A stretch of 64,000 nucleotides of DNA from Guillardia theta CCMP2712 (GCF_000315625.1 NW_005434660.1:104023-168022), one strand, 5' to 3'; counted from the stretch's first letter, positions 29,842 through 42,997 are shown. A program made the numbers and translations. Notes: generated by a model not told the origin, from the letters alone.

Positions 29842-29975
29842 GCATGCATCATGTGTGAAGAGACGACGCAATGTGTTACGATGAGTCAGCACAACATGAG
29901 CTGGAGGCATGAAACGCCATCGTGAGACATCGGACGAGGCCTTGTGATTGGATCGAGATCAGCTCAGGTGTCTCA

Positions 29976-31622
29976 ATGGATCGATACCGCGTGATCAAGC
30001 AGCTGGGAGATGGCACGTACGGGGAAGTCTTGAAGGCTTCCAACAAGGCCACAGGAGAGATAGTGGCTGTGAAGCGAATGAAACGGAAGTATCGCTCATG
30101 GGAGGAGTGCATAGCGCTGAAGGAGGTGAAGGTGCTTCGCAAGATGAAGCACCCTAACATCGTCCGGCTCAAGGAAGTGATCAAGGAGAACGACATCCTC
30201 TACTTCGTGTTTGAGTTCCTCGACCAGAACCTGTACGAGCTGAGCAAGAATCGGAGGAAGGCCTTCCCGGAATGCGCGATAAGGAACTACATGTTTCACG
30301 TGCTCCAGGGGCTCAGCTACATGCACAAGTGCGGCTACTACCACCGCGACATCAAACCCGAGAACATCCTCGTATGCGGGGACATCGCTAAAGTAGCTGA
30401 CTTCGGCCTTGCCAAAGAGATTCACTCGCGCCCCCCCCAGACGGACTATGTCTCTACCCGATGGTACCGCGCTCCTGAAGTCCTCCTACGGAGCCCGAGC
30501 TACAACGCTCCCATCGACGTCTGGGCAGTGGGCTGCATGATGGTGGAGCTGATGATGCTGCGTCCCCTGTTCCCCGGCTCCTCGGAGGCGGACGTTCTCT
30601 TCAAGATCTGTACCGTCCTGGGGACCCCGACGGCAGAGACATGGAGAGATGGGATCAAACAAGTCGTTGCTCGTCCTCCTGTCACGTTGAGGCTGATCCT
30701 CCTGCAGGCGTCCATGATCAACTATCGGTTTCCCAAGCTCAGCCCAGCCCCCCTCCAAAGTATTGTCCAGCATGCAAGTCAGGTACAGCCTCCGCCTCCT
30801 CCTCAGCTTCTCCCTGACTCATGCCGCAGGAGTCGCTCGCCGTCATCGCCGACATGCTCCTCTGGGATCCCTCGCAGCGACCGACTTGCTCTGAGTGCCT
30901 GCAGTATCCCTTCTTCCGTGTGGGCCTGGACATCCCAGCTCCGGTACGGCCAAACGCCGACGTCGACGAGCTGAGAATCTCTGTAGGAGATGGATGGGGG
31001 TGAAACCCGCATGGTTGACCTCAGCAGCTGCCCAGCTGGATTAGACAGGCTCCCTTCCCAGCCCGACATTCCTGGAGGGCCAGGGCCTACGAAGGTGAGC
31101 AATAGGGTCAAGCATGTCGGATCAGTTGCTGATGCTCACGATACAGGTAGACAATCAAGTTGAGCAAGCAGAAGGAAGTTTGCAGGAGGCTGGTACCAAG
31201 AAGAGGGTCCCTTCCTCCCTTGCCCTCCTGCTGCAGTCAAGATACGTTGCCGGCACCGTCCTGACGGCCAACCAGAATCCTAAGGATTCCAGCCAAGTCA
31301 GCCAGCGCTTTCTGGAGCTTCCTGTAGAAACTGTTTCAGCAAACTACCGGGGGCCCAAAGGTAAAAGTGCGAGCAGGAGGAGAAACATACGTCACTGCTC
31401 GTGCTCCTGGCACTTGACGTCAAGTGCCAGGAGCAGGAGCGTGTGGTGGTGGTGGTGGTGGTGGTGGTGGTGGTTGTAGTAGTGGCGGTGGTAGTAGGTG
31501 CAGGAGGAGGAGGATTGTTAACTCGAGTAACAGACGCGGGATCATTGCTATCAAACCCGCTACAGGCAGCGGTGAAAGGCATCGCAGACATCTCCATACG
31601 GTATTCGAAATCCTTTATCTGA
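29976..31622 (+). CDS. MAK/ICK-family (RCK) Ser/Thr kinase
   Basis: GDGTYG, VAVKRMK, HRDIKPEN, DFGLAKE, TDYVSTRWYRAPE; the C-terminal exons are uncertain. Confidence 0.9.
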
Positions 31623-31869
31623 TCTCCACCTGACTCTAGAACGAAGTGCTGGGCCGTCGGAGTCCAACAGAAAGCAATATGATGCCTTTGGGAGGAGGAG
31701 ATATTGACTTTTGATACTGATTGGAGCCATGGAAGCCATTAAGGGCCATTGTTCCGCCATGAACAGAAGGGCAAAGAGACCGATGGTATTCGCATTTTCC
31801 AATTAACTTTTAATGATCAAGTTTCGCCTCCCTTGATACCCAACACATGTTGGCTGCTCCTAGCTTGTT

Positions 31870-32919
31870 TCAATAAAGTCTTAATCCCTACGTTGCCTTT
31901 TTCCTGTTCCCCTGTGACAGATCAGCGTCTTGTCGTCAAGAAGCTTTACTTGATGAAACTCACCTTGATCGCGACGATTCCCTCGATGAAGACGAGGAAG
32001 ATGACGAGGACGATGATGATGATGACGATGATGATGATGATGAGGAGGAGTCGCTGTCGCTGTCGCTGTAAAAGCCCACCATGAGAACACAAACTTGTTC
32101 GTCCAGCAAGCATGAGCATGTCTGGCCACCTGCTTGAGCTCGACGAGTCGCTGCTGGATGAGCTAGAGGAGGAAGAGGAGGGAGACGGGGATCGGCTCTT
32201 CTTCCTGTTAGCAGGAGAACCACCGATGAGACACAGGAAGCACAAACGACTCGCTCACTTCTTCTTCTTCTTGTCTTTCGAGACCACCGGCTTCGGGGGA
32301 GGCGGCAACCTGCGACGTCTCAATGGCGGAGGATGAGCAGGGGGGCCTATCGACCTGTCGAGGAAGCTACTGCGAGGCTCGTCGGGGGGCAGGCAAGGAA
32401 CTGCCTCCCTCGGCTTCAGAGGATCGCGAGATCGTGAGACAGGCTTCACGTGCTTTGGCTTCGATGTCGACAGGCCCCAGCATTGCCTTGAAACCCAACA
32501 AGAGTGAATCGAACGACAGACACGCCCTATCGTCCTCACCCCATCTCATACTTGGACTCGTTGAACGACCTCGGAACGTACTTCTGCACGGCCTCCCTCG
32601 GACGTTTCGTGATCTGCACGGACCCAACTTTCTCTGTGCTGCTGGCATAGAGCTGACGGAGAGCGGACGCCCTTGCTTCCCTTCGGCTGATACCGACCTC
32701 CTCCTGCCCAAAGGCATTGATGAACTGTCCTCCGACCTTGGGCTGGAGTTGGTTCTGCTGTGATGCCTGCATGCATGGTCAGCATTTCGTCTGCGAGCAA
32801 TCAGCCATGAAGAAGTTGATGGTCACCTGCAGAAGCCTCTGTGTGATCTCGGCGGCTTCCTTTCGCTGCTCCAGCTTCTCCTTCTTCTGATTGCGCACGT
32901 GGAAATCCTCTATGTCCAT
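31870..32919 (-). CDS. Hypothetical protein with a Ser-rich, basic C-terminus
   Basis: MDIEDFHVRNQKKEKLEQRKEAAEITQRLLQ followed by GT-AG-bounded exons ending in KKKKK and poly-S; 3' end uncertain. Confidence 0.5.
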
Positions 32920-33685
32920 CTTGAATCTGTTCTGACGGCCAGCACAGAGACAGCGAGAGAGGAGGGGATCTTGATGGTTTGTTACACCTTAGATGTGCGC
33001 TAGCAGCGAGGGCAGCAGGAAGTCGGAGTGAAAACCCTGCGCGTGCGGATTGGCAGACTCGGTGCAAGGGAGGAGGAGGAGAGCGAGAGCAAGAGGCAGA
33101 GAAGGGGGAGATTGAAGAGGAAGGAAGAGAAGTACGCTGGAGGGGGAGGGGGAGGGAGAGGGGGAGGGAGAGGGGGAGGGGGGGAGGAGGAGAAGGAGTA
33201 GGAGAGGGAGGGAGTTGGAGAGAGGGAGGAGAGGGCAGGAGAGGAAGTGGGCGATGTTCAGAGGGGGTAGAGGGTACAATCGGTTTCGTTTTAGGGGTGG
33301 GGGTGTTCATTGAACGGGTACCATAGAGCTTCAAATCACCTCCAATGCTGATGTACATATTCAGAATAAGGGTGGTAGGATTCCCGAGGAAGTACGGTAG
33401 GGTACTGAAAGGGGGTGGTACCCATGGTGGGTTTCCTGTGATGTGAACACGTCATGGTCAGAAAGAATCGAGCCGGGAAACGAGAACGATGTGGAGGAGA
33501 GCAGAGGGAGGGGAGGGGAGGAAGGAGAGGAGATGCGACAATGGGGCACAGATACTGGTCTGTTGTAGCATGAAGAGACAGGAGCGTACGAACACGGAGC
33601 ATACTTGATCGTTCCAGAGGAGTTGAGATTTTTTCCAGGATGTCGGAGAACTGAATTGAGCGGTCTGTCCTCGTAGCCCTTCAAG

Positions 33686-35836
33686 ATGCTGGCGTCTGTT
33701 GCGATAGCTGAGCTGGACAAGAACAACGACACCCTGCTAACATGGTACCGCCTCATTTCCCTTCCGTTGAACCCCTTGGGATCCCTCCCTCACGTATCCC
33801 TCATCCCTCATGGAAGTGCAGGAGCTACCCGTCCTTGGACGAGAAGATCGGCTCACGGTTGGTCAAGCTGTGTGACATGGAGCTGCATCGAGACGCCAAG
33901 GGTCGCCACTACCTCCACCATCTCCTCAGCATGCTGTGACAGTGCAGTGCAGATCTCCAGAAATCGCTCAGGGATGAGAAGGTCGGAGCAATGGGCAGCG
34001 TCATCTTCGCCCGCAGCCAGTGCGTCCCCCTGTGCCCGAAGCCTTCCTGATGGTGCGCGCGCAGAGGCCACTGGATGTACCTGCTGCCCTTCTCGGTAGG
34101 TGGTAGAAACTCCTCGTTGGACCAGGTACTGCCCCCACAAAGAGAGTTTGAAGGCGACGAAGGAGGAGAAGGGTGTGTTTGAGAAGCGATGGGGACTGAG
34201 GGAGGGATGATGAGAGGGGTAGAGAGGAGGGAAGAGCGAGGAGGAGGTTGTTACTGTTTGGCGAACACCAGACATGCAAACACTGGAGGAGTACAGTCGT
34301 TGCTCAGCTGCTGCTTGTTGGAGCGTACTGATTGAACCTGAAGGTTTCTTCGTTCGTGGTATCAGTTCAGAGCAGAGCATTCTTTCCCAACAAGTTCGAG
34401 GCACTCTTGAAGGTTGCAAGCAGCATGCATGCGGCTGGTAACGTGATGAGGATGTTTGCAGGAACTTGTCATGGTTTATGCCTCGGAAGGAACTCCTCTC
34501 AGAGTTCTTGAAGGCTACCTCTCTGCAATGACGGTCGGAAAGTGAGAAGATGACATTGTGGAGATAACGCCTTGTTCTTGTTCTTCTTTCCCTTCACTTC
34601 CTCCCCTTTCTGTCCTTTCCTTCATGCATGTCCTCCCCTTCCTTTCTTGCTGTGGTGCATCTTTGCTTTGCGAATTCTCAGGTTTATTGTCAGGTTCCAG
34701 AATTATGCTGAGAGTGCATTTCCTGACACGGACATGCAAACGTCGAACCTGCAAGTTCCGATCAGATGGATGATTGAGATGTTCGAAGTTGAGACTGTGC
34801 TGCTGTGGTCATGTATGCTATTGAAAAAAAGGTACAAACAATCATGACGAAGACTCATCTCTCATGGTTTTACGTGCGAAGGATGGTTGTTTACTCTAAC
34901 AAGGTTCTTGAACTTCAACGATTCCTCCGTATCATCCCGGTCTTGTTGAGGGTTCCTCCTGTTCACTCGCACTGACGAGGTCAACAGGCCCTGGTCCCAC
35001 ATCGAGAGTCATGGAATGTGCTGAAACCTTATTGCGTTGGTATGACCTATCTTGCTGTCACAACAGTATCCTCATCAGGCCTCGTGCAGGGGACGAGGAG
35101 GACGAGGAAGAGCTCAAGACAGCAAGCTTCTTCGTTGCTGGGGCCCTTCAGCCGATGGAGTCCAACAAGGTGGGGAGGCATGAACGGGATGAAGATGTGT
35201 GTGTCGTCAGTCCTTACCGACAGGAACTTTGGGACATTTATGTTGACATCCCTTCACAATCTATCACGGTCAGTGACTGTGAAGGGTTAAAGCCTGCATG
35301 ACAGAACATGAAGGTGGGAGATCATGCAAAGAGAGATTTTACAGCTACATCTGTGCACAAGGTATGTTCTCCGCCATTTCAGTTCATCTTGATTTTTCTG
35401 ATGTTATTCCTTCCTGTCTTGATGTTTCTGTTTCTTTCTTTAATGTCTGAGCACGATTGCCAGGACATCGCAAGCTTCTTGTCCAAAGCGCTTGAGGAGA
35501 ATGTAGAAGACCAAGCAATAATTTCAGGTTGCCAACCTCGTGCGGTTTGATCTCTGAAGTATGACGTGCAGGGCTGCAAGAGAAGAATCAAGAATTGATC
35601 GACAAGGTGTGATGTTGTTTTGTGTTCTTCATCCAACGAACATTCATACTTGATCAAACTAGCTGAAAATGTTGGCGGCGGACGAAGAGGACATGCTGCT
35701 AAGTTTGTCCTCCTTGCAAGAACAGGTAGAAGTAAGCAAGTTGCCTCTGAAGGACCCTTGACAACTTCTGCAGCTTCAAAACCCCAAGCTTGCATTCTTC
35801 CTTTACTCCGTCGCTCTTTCAGGTCAGTTGGACTGA
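33686..35836 (+). CDS. DENND10: DENN domain-containing protein 10 (FAM45-like)
   Basis: AIAELDKNNDTLLTW(S)YPS, ELWDIYVDIPSQSITV..HAK....SVHKDIASFL and C-terminal PKLAFFLYSVA resemble the FAM45A/DENND10 family. Confidence 0.75.
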
Positions 35837-36095
35837 CCATTCAGAGGTGTTGTTTTGATGTCGAAATGCAGAGGGACTTGCTAGACCTGAGGCTTGAAAT
35901 TCGCAACCAAGATGATTTGAATTGTTTTTATTTTGAGATAGTTAGAAAGATTGGAATAAGAGGAAAATGTTTTTCTCACACACTTGACTTCACTCCATGG
36001 AGACAGAGAAGGTAATTGGTTCAAATTGTGATACCAGGCCGAAAAAATGGGAATCGTTTGTTGAGACGAGAAAAAAAGAAACTGCCCGCCGTCAG

Positions 36096-36818
36096 TCATG
36101 AGCGAACCGAAACGCCAGTCATGTTCGTCGTCCACTGAGTTGGATGGAGAGATGAGGAAAGGAAGTCCAGGTATGTCCATGACAACCCATCATGCATCCC
36201 TGTATTGCCGCTAGCTTGCTCGCCGCTGCTCGCCGATCTGAAGGACGGGCAGTGATCATAGGACTGTTGGCAGAGGGGAAAGGCTTCCAGCACACACTCC
36301 GCCATGACTTCGCTAAACGAGAGATGCGGAGCGAAGTTTGACTGAGAAGTCGATGCCGATACCGATGGTGCCCTGCTTGGAGCAAATTCTTCGAAACAGG
36401 ACGCATATGACGTCTGCGGCACAGCTATAGCACCATCCTTCACTGAGTCATGCAGGTCCTTTAACGTCTGTTGTGCGCCGATTCCTTTCTGCTCCTTTTC
36501 CTCGTCCTTGATCGTTTTCCGTCTTTTTAGAAGCTTCTTCGAATTGTTCTCCTCTTCCGATGAGCCAACTTCGATCTCTTCGGGAGTCCAGAATTGTCTG
36601 GTCACCTGGGCCCAAGTTCGTCGATTCCATATGTCTCTGACTGTTTTTGCGCTTATGCCGTAGCAGCAGCCCACCACTTCGCTTGCTAAAGATTTGTCTT
36701 TTCTTGCATCATGACGCTCATTGAAGATCTTTACAACAAGCTCTTCGGTTAAAATTCTCCTTCTGTTCTCTTCCCTTCGCTTGCGAGCAGTTTCTGCCTG
36801 AGGAAGCAGTCCTTTCAT
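36096..36818 (-). CDS. Intronless helix-turn-helix DNA-binding protein (paralog 1)
   Basis: ILTEELVVKIF...SEVVGCCYGISAKTVRDIWNRRTWAQVT followed by a basic NLS-like patch and a low-complexity tail. Confidence 0.7.
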   Translation of the reverse strand: MKGLLPQAETARKRREENRRRILTEELVVKIFNERHDARKDKSLASEVVGCCYGISAKTVRDIWNRRTWAQVTRQFWTPEEIEVGSSEEENNSKKLLKRRKTIKDEEKEQKGIGAQQTLKDLHDSVKDGAIAVPQTSYASCFEEFAPSRAPSVSASTSQSNFAPHLSFSEVMAECVLEAFPLCQQSYDHCPSFRSASSGEQASGNTGMHDGLSWTYLDFLSSSLHPTQWTTNMTGVSVRS

Positions 36819-37370
36819 GACGAAATGTACAACCGTGTTAAGATTTTTACGATGGAATGCAATTGATCTCTGCTCTTTTTCGCCACTTGATTTCCTCCAC
36901 ACACCACCTCTTCTCTTCTCTTCTCTTCTCTTCTCTTCTCTTCTCTTTTCTCTGCTCTGCTGTCGCTCTTGGAGTTCCTCCTCCGTTATTTTACTTCTGG
37001 ATGAACTCCAAGGTGGTATCGTGACGTCTTGACTGGTTTAGTTTCCAAACCTATTCTTTTCGCAAGCGCTGAAAGGGTTATGTCTGGAAAACGCAACGTT
37101 CAGCCAAGAGCTGATGACAGGACTTATGAAAAGTATACTTTTTGATGGTATATGTCCAAACATATCATCTCGGAGGGTCGCAAGCATACCCCTCCAGGAA
37201 CATAAAAAGAGGGGTAGTGACAAGATCTTGACGTGCCAACGTCAGCCAGATGCAAAGACCCGAGATAGTCCCTGCCAATCGTCGCATTCTAACAGGCGTG
37301 TTCCTCTGAGGCCGTCACAAGTCACGGCCCCTCTCTATATTATTGAGCCTCCGGCGGACAGTCCGGCGCA

Positions 37371-37402
37371 GTGCTGATCTTTTAAACTTAACTTTGAGTA
37401 AA
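37371..37402 (-). repeat. 39-bp core element, partial copy
   Basis: Reverse complement reads TTTACTCAAAGTTAAGTTTAAAAGATCAGCAC. Confidence 0.85.
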
Positions 37403-37568
37403 ATGTCCGGCGGATCTTCTCGGCCGTCCGCCTGGGAAGCTGGCCGGGCGGCCGCCTCGGACAGCCTCGGCCCGGCCCGGGGGTCAGCCAAGGGTCAGGC
37501 CGGGCCCGGCCAGGCCGTTGGACCCCCGCGGGCCTCATAAAAGTCCGCCGGTGATCTTTACTGGTGCT

Positions 37569-39468
37569 ATGGCTGCGCTGCTCTTCATGTGCCCGACCCT
37601 ATCGTCTGCATTCCATGCCTCCCTTCCTCCCTCCCTCCACCTGCCCCATTCTAGGCTCCTCCTCCGCTCCTCTCGACACCTCTCACAAGGCCACCTGCGT
37701 AGGATGACTCGACCCTCGAAGTTCCCTGCAATGGCGGAGAAGACTGAGCAAGGTGGGATAGGGAGGAGGCAGCTGCTGCTCAGTGCCATGATCCCCTCAG
37801 TCGTGAGATGGAACAGCATGGGTGCTATGGCCTTTGAGGAGGAGAAGAAAGGAGCTGGTAGAGGGCTGAAGCTTCCCGTCATGGGCACAGGAGTTTGGGC
37901 TTGGGGGGACGAAGCGATCTGGAACTACGGTGCGCAGGGAGGAGCTTCAGTGCAATCCATAGAGGAAGCATTGGAGGTCGTTGTCAGCAGTGATCTTGGC
38001 TTCCTTGATACGGCTGAGGTCTATGGCAATGGAGAGAGCGAGCGCCTCGTCGGCTCCCTGCTCAAGAAGCTGCCGGAAGAGAAGCGGCGCAAAGTAAGGG
38101 TGGCCACGAAGTTTTACCCGGTTGTGCCCTCGACGAATCTTCCCCGGGGAGCTCAGGATCTGATCCCAGCACTTGATGCCTCCTTGGCTCGTCTTCAGCT
38201 ACCCAACGTCGACCTGTACCAGATTCACGGCCCTGGTCTTCAGTCCTCAGTACCCCCCCGATGTTGAGTAGGATAACTCTCACTTACCCACTTGCAGGGG
38301 GAGGAGATTGGGGAAGCGCTGGCAGAGGCTGTGATCTCAGGGAGGTGCAAGGCTGTTGGAGTCTCAAACTTTGCGTTCGAAGAGCTTCTGCCTGTCTACC
38401 GGATCTTGGAGAAACGAGGGATTCCGCTGACGTCAAATCAGGTGTGACATGCGGAAAGACGAGGAGCTGTAGCCTTTGTCGGGAGATGGTTCATGGATTT
38501 GTTTCTTCCTTGTCTGCATTTTGAATCATCTGCTTTGAATGTTGACGTCTTGTCTTGGATGTTATATCATCGGCTGTCGTGACCTGCTAGACCAAAAAGG
38601 GGCTTGTCGACTGCACCTTTCTATGTAGATATGTGAAAAATTCGTTTTCTTTCTTTCTGCCAGGTTGAATTTTCTCTGCTCCGAAGGCTACCTGAAACAG
38701 GAGGATTGCTCGAAGAATGCAGGAAGCTTGGAATCTCTATACTTGTAAGTACTGACGCCAACCCCAACTCCTCCCGTCCCTTCCTCACCTCACAACTGCT
38801 GCTCGCATCAGAATCTTATGATTGAAACTCCTCCTTCTTCTCTGTGCACGCTGCAACCTAAGAAAGCCTTAGGCATACTCGCCTCTGGGGATGGGAAGGT
38901 TGACGGGAAAGTACGGCAAGGACAAGAAGGCCCCTCGCTCGAGGTTCTTCGGGAGGGTTTCAGATACCAAGGCAAGATGGCTGCTCTGGAGTTTCTGATG
39001 ATGACAAGTCGTCCAGCTCGAAGCTCTGCTCGACCGCATGCGGGAAGTAGGAGCGGCGCATGGAGGGAAGACCCCAGGGCAGGTAGGAGAGCCCTGCTGC
39101 CTCCCCTACCACCCCGCCCCCCTCCTCCCTCCTCCTCCTCTACATCTCATCCTTCTTGTTCCAGGTCGCCCTCAATTGGGTCATGTGCAAGGTGACCTGC
39201 TCCTACTCTCTTCCTTCAATGCCCGGCGCTTCTGAAGCTTTATGACTGCAGGGCGCCATTCCCATCCCCGGATGCAAGAACGCCAGGCAAGCACAGGAGA
39301 ACGCAGGGGCCCTTGGGTGAGGGAGAGGAGGAACGTGAGTAAGTTCACCATGACCTGCTCATGTGCAGCTGGCGACTGAGCGATGAGGAGGTCCACAGTC
39401 TTGATCTCCTTGGCCAGGAGGGATCAATTAACTCCTGGCAGCATGATGCAAAAGTTGCAGGTAGCTAG
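37569..39468 (+). CDS. Aldo-keto reductase with a putative bipartite plastid leader
   Basis: MGTGVWAWG, FLDTAEVYGNGESE, VATKF, DLYQIH, AVGVSNF, AYSPLG, PIPG.K; N-terminal hydrophobic stretch ending SSA-F, then a Ser/Arg-rich transit-like region. Confidence 0.9.
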
Positions 39469-40052
39469 AATGTCATGACATCGTACTGGTGCCTACCTGC
39501 CGCCCCCCTGCCCCTTTTCCCCTTCCCCGCCGTACCCCTTGCCCGCCCGCCTGCCCGCCCGCCCGCCTCTTCCCCCTTACCTCATCCCCCAATGCACACC
39601 ATCTCCATCATCCTATCTTCGTTTGATTCCTTGCTCTCTCTACTTCTGCCTCCTTTTTCTTTGGCTTTGCTTTGTAATCTCTATCCTTCTCTTAACACGC
39701 CCTCGTGCTTGTCCGCAGTCTGAGCATCTCCTCTTTCTGCCCGTGTTTTGCCCCAAGGAGATGACAAAGGTTTGAAACAGGAAGAATAGCGATTGGATAA
39801 ACAAGTCATGACAGTTGTATGGCGCTGACATACAGACTGAATGTCAAGAAGGAGGACCGAGTGAGAGGGCTTGTCTCAAACTTCTTTGTCTTTTCGCAGA
39901 GTAATCTTCATGTACTTGTATGGTATAATGCACAGGCGCTAGTTCACAGCACGACACGAAGAAATATCACTGCAACCCCAACGATATTCCTAGGATGTTA
40001 TCACAAGAACTGCCCAAAAGCTCTTACCCTCCCTATATTGACACTCAGCCGA

Positions 40053-40826
40053 TCACTCAGGAGAGTTGCAAGTGTTTCCGCTGCTAGAGGTCGATTGCAT
40101 GAAGTCTTCAATGCAGCTCATACTGGGCTGAACATACCACTCGCTCCTGTAGTCCGAGGACCCACTGCTCTGCCCGAACGAGCCCTCCGACATCTCAGAC
40201 TCCTCGCTTTCCTCCCCCATACTCTCACTGTTGTTGTCAGCAGAAGCAAGGTTGTTGCTCCCTTCGCTGCCATGATCTTCTGGCTGTATGCTGTCGCTGC
40301 CCCCCGCCTGCGTCAGCGAAGCAGCGTATGAGGACATCGACATCGCTCTTTCTGACCCCCCCGAGGACGACGATGAACTGCCCTCCTGCTCAGTCGTCCT
40401 TTCTACAGGATTCTCTATCTCTGCTGATCGCTCCCTCTGCGTCTGCCCGGCATCGTCCTCACTCGATGCCTTTCCTGACGACGATGCGCTGGCAGACGTG
40501 TCGTCCCTTGCCTCCCTTGTCTCCAACGCATCTGTTACCTTGGCCCAGGACCTCTTGTCCCAGATGTCCCGCACCGTCTTGGCGCTGACGCCATAACACC
40601 TTGCGACAAGCTCACTCTCAACAGACTTGTTGCCTTGACAGAGAGCCTTCTCCTTGAAGATCTTCTTCGCCACTTCTGCGTTCAGCACCCTGTGCCGAGA
40701 GCCGTTGAGGTTTCTTGCGCGTGCATCCGTTGCCGCTCGATTGTTTTCAACAGCCAAGGCAAAGTGGAAGAGATCTGAGTGAAGCGGAAAGCTGCATGGA
40801 ATGCTGTGATTTGAAGGGGTTTGCAT
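40053..40826 (-). CDS. Intronless helix-turn-helix DNA-binding protein (paralog 2)
   Basis: VLNAEVAKKIF...SELVARCYGVSAKTVRDIWDKRSWAKVT followed by a Ser/Glu-rich tail. Confidence 0.75.
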   Translation of the reverse strand: MQTPSNHSIPCSFPLHSDLFHFALAVENNRAATDARARNLNGSRHRVLNAEVAKKIFKEKALCQGNKSVESELVARCYGVSAKTVRDIWDKRSWAKVTDALETREARDDTSASASSSGKASSEDDAGQTQRERSAEIENPVERTTEQEGSSSSSSGGSERAMSMSSYAASLTQAGGSDSIQPEDHGSEGSNNLASADNNSESMGEESEESEMSEGSFGQSSGSSDYRSEWYVQPSMSCIEDFMQSTSSSGNTCNSPE

Positions 40827-42200
40827 GCTTCGGTTCGTTGGGTTCAGATACTGCTAGGTTCAGAAGTTGTTGAGAGCAAAGCTGATGTCGGCTACCTCTG
40901 CATGAGCGTCTGGTGCAGATTCAAAGGGCTGACGGTGAGAAGGAAGCTTCTGTGTATAGTAATGTCTCACAAGGACCAGGACGCTGCTGCCGCCTCTGCT
41001 TGCGCGCTGTGGGAAAGGGGCAACGGAGTTGGGCTGCGATGATGACAAGGGGTGGGTGTACAGGAACAACTACCCCATTTTTCCATGGCACAAGTTGGAA
41101 ACAAGGGGGTACTCTGTACCCTCAAATATGGAAAAGAATATTTTTGGAAGGGATTTTCCTCCCAGAGGAACAATGGGGTAGGGGTACTGAAATACATGGT
41201 CTGAACCATGGTTTAGACCAGTCGATGGGATAGCAGACAAGGGGTCCATCATCAAATCTTCAGTGGGTGGGGCCCATAAAAAAATCTTTTTTTAACCCCA
41301 GCGAAAATAGCTGTTTTGAAAGGGTCCGCAGGGGGCTTATTATGGGCCTCAGACCTTAGGATTAGCTGTCCTTGTCGTTACGCGGCGGTTTTAACCTGAG
41401 TCTGATTTTGAGACGTTGTGATATAGGGAAAACGCAATCAAGTTTCCTTCTAAAATCAGTCAATAATTTGTACCATGACCTTAACTTTTAGATTTTTATT
41501 CTCTTTTTAGTTTATTTTTGGAAGTGTTGGATTAGTAGTGAAACTGAAATGCTTGCACAACGAGCGCTTGCAAGGTGTGCGAGATGTTAGCTTATGCTGT
41601 TGTAGGTGATGTTGCAAGCAAGTACAAGCAGGATGAAGAACAGCTTAATGCGCACGAGGTGTTGCATGGTCCAATTATATTACTCATGTTCTAATTACAA
41701 TGAACACAGGAACAAAGTTAAGATGCAACAAACCATCACACGTACTACTCAGATCCGTCGTGATGGTGTCAGACTCGGTTCTTTCACGAATCCAGGATGA
41801 ATAGGAAGCTTGCCTTGTTGTACTCCCGGAGAAGGCGATATCCATTTGTGTTGCTAAATCTTGTCAATCATGCGTCGAGGCGAAGCCAATGATTGATTGA
41901 TTGATTGATTGCTATGATACAAGTTTACCTCATGAAAACCGTTCACCATAGGAGTCCTCACCATAAGTCTGAAGGTCTTGACATTCCTGAGCTGCCGAGG
42001 CATCAATCCTCTTGTCTCACAATGGGAAGCACGCGACATACAGGAGCCACGGGTTGATGCGCACTCGGAGCATCAGGTCCAAGGTGGTTTGACTCGCTTG
42101 AACGTCCCTCGCGCGGGGGGAAGGGAGAACCTTGAACTCGCAACGGTTGGTAAGCCAAAGGTTATGGTTGTCCAGGGGATTAGCTACTTATTGCTAATTG

Positions 42201-42239
42201 ATTGTCCTCGTACTGATTTTTAACTTAACTTTGAGTAAA
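42201..42239 (-). repeat. 39-bp core element, exact copy
   Basis: Identical (39/39) to 45016-45054 and 60437-60475. Confidence 0.95.
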
Positions 42240-42623
42240 GAGACAGCCCCTTGGCGACCTTTAGCAGGGGATTAGCCCTCCGAGGCTCCGTTTGACTAAA
42301 ACATTTGTACCAGGAGGCTAATCCTAAGTTCAAGTTCTTCCGGTGCCCACTGATATTAAAAGCCCCCTAGTAAACTTTCCAAGTTCCGGCGGCCGCCCGG
42401 CTCAGTTCCAGCCGCTGAGCCTGAGCGGGCCCGCGGCCTTTCTCTCGAGCCGGGAACTTTCACTTCCGAGACTCGGAACAGTGACGGTGACAAGCCTGAA
42501 ACGCGGGCCGGGTAGGATCATGCCAATCTCCGAGCGCAGCCGAAGTTCAACGGTTGGCGGCCGGCGGGGCCCTCGATCAGGTGACTGACTCCAACTGGCA
42601 TGCCACGCTCAGTCACCGTCAAG

Positions 42624-42672
42624 GTCCTCGAGTCGTGCTGATCATCGGATTTTTAACTTCAACTTCAGTAAA
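42624..42672 (-). repeat. 39-bp core element, degenerate copy with short insertions
   Basis: Plus strand reads GTCCTCG agtcg TGCTG atcatcgg ATTTTTAACTT c AACTT c AGTAAA; consensus reverse complement is GTCCTCG TACTG ATTTTTAACTT AACTT TG AGTAAA. Confidence 0.65.
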
Positions 42673-42997
42673 CTTCGGAAGTTTGACAGCCTCCGAGGCT
42701 CCTCCCGGCGGCCCAGAGTTCTGAAGCCGGCGCGGCCCAGGATGGGCAGGCCGGCCGCGCGCGGTCAGATTGCAGCTACGCACACGGAGAGGCTGACTGC
42801 CCGGCGAACTTACTAAAGGCGGCTCAGTGTTGTCCACCAGGAGCCACGAAAGGCTTGCAGTCTGAATGCCGCGCTTCAACTAGAAATACAGAGAAGGCAG
42901 CCTGGCAGGCTTCTCAGGGATTTGCAGCAACCTGTTAGATGCAGTCACTGAAACAGATTGAACTTGCCATGAGCTAGGAGCTGACCTGCAGTTGACT

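Noticed and set aside
33672-33685. CGTAGCCCTTCAAG before the DENND10 ATG (GTAGCCCTTCAAG also near 11915), resembling the dinoflagellate spliced leader
   Set aside because: A short partial match; 13-mer pairs are expected by chance in 64 kb.
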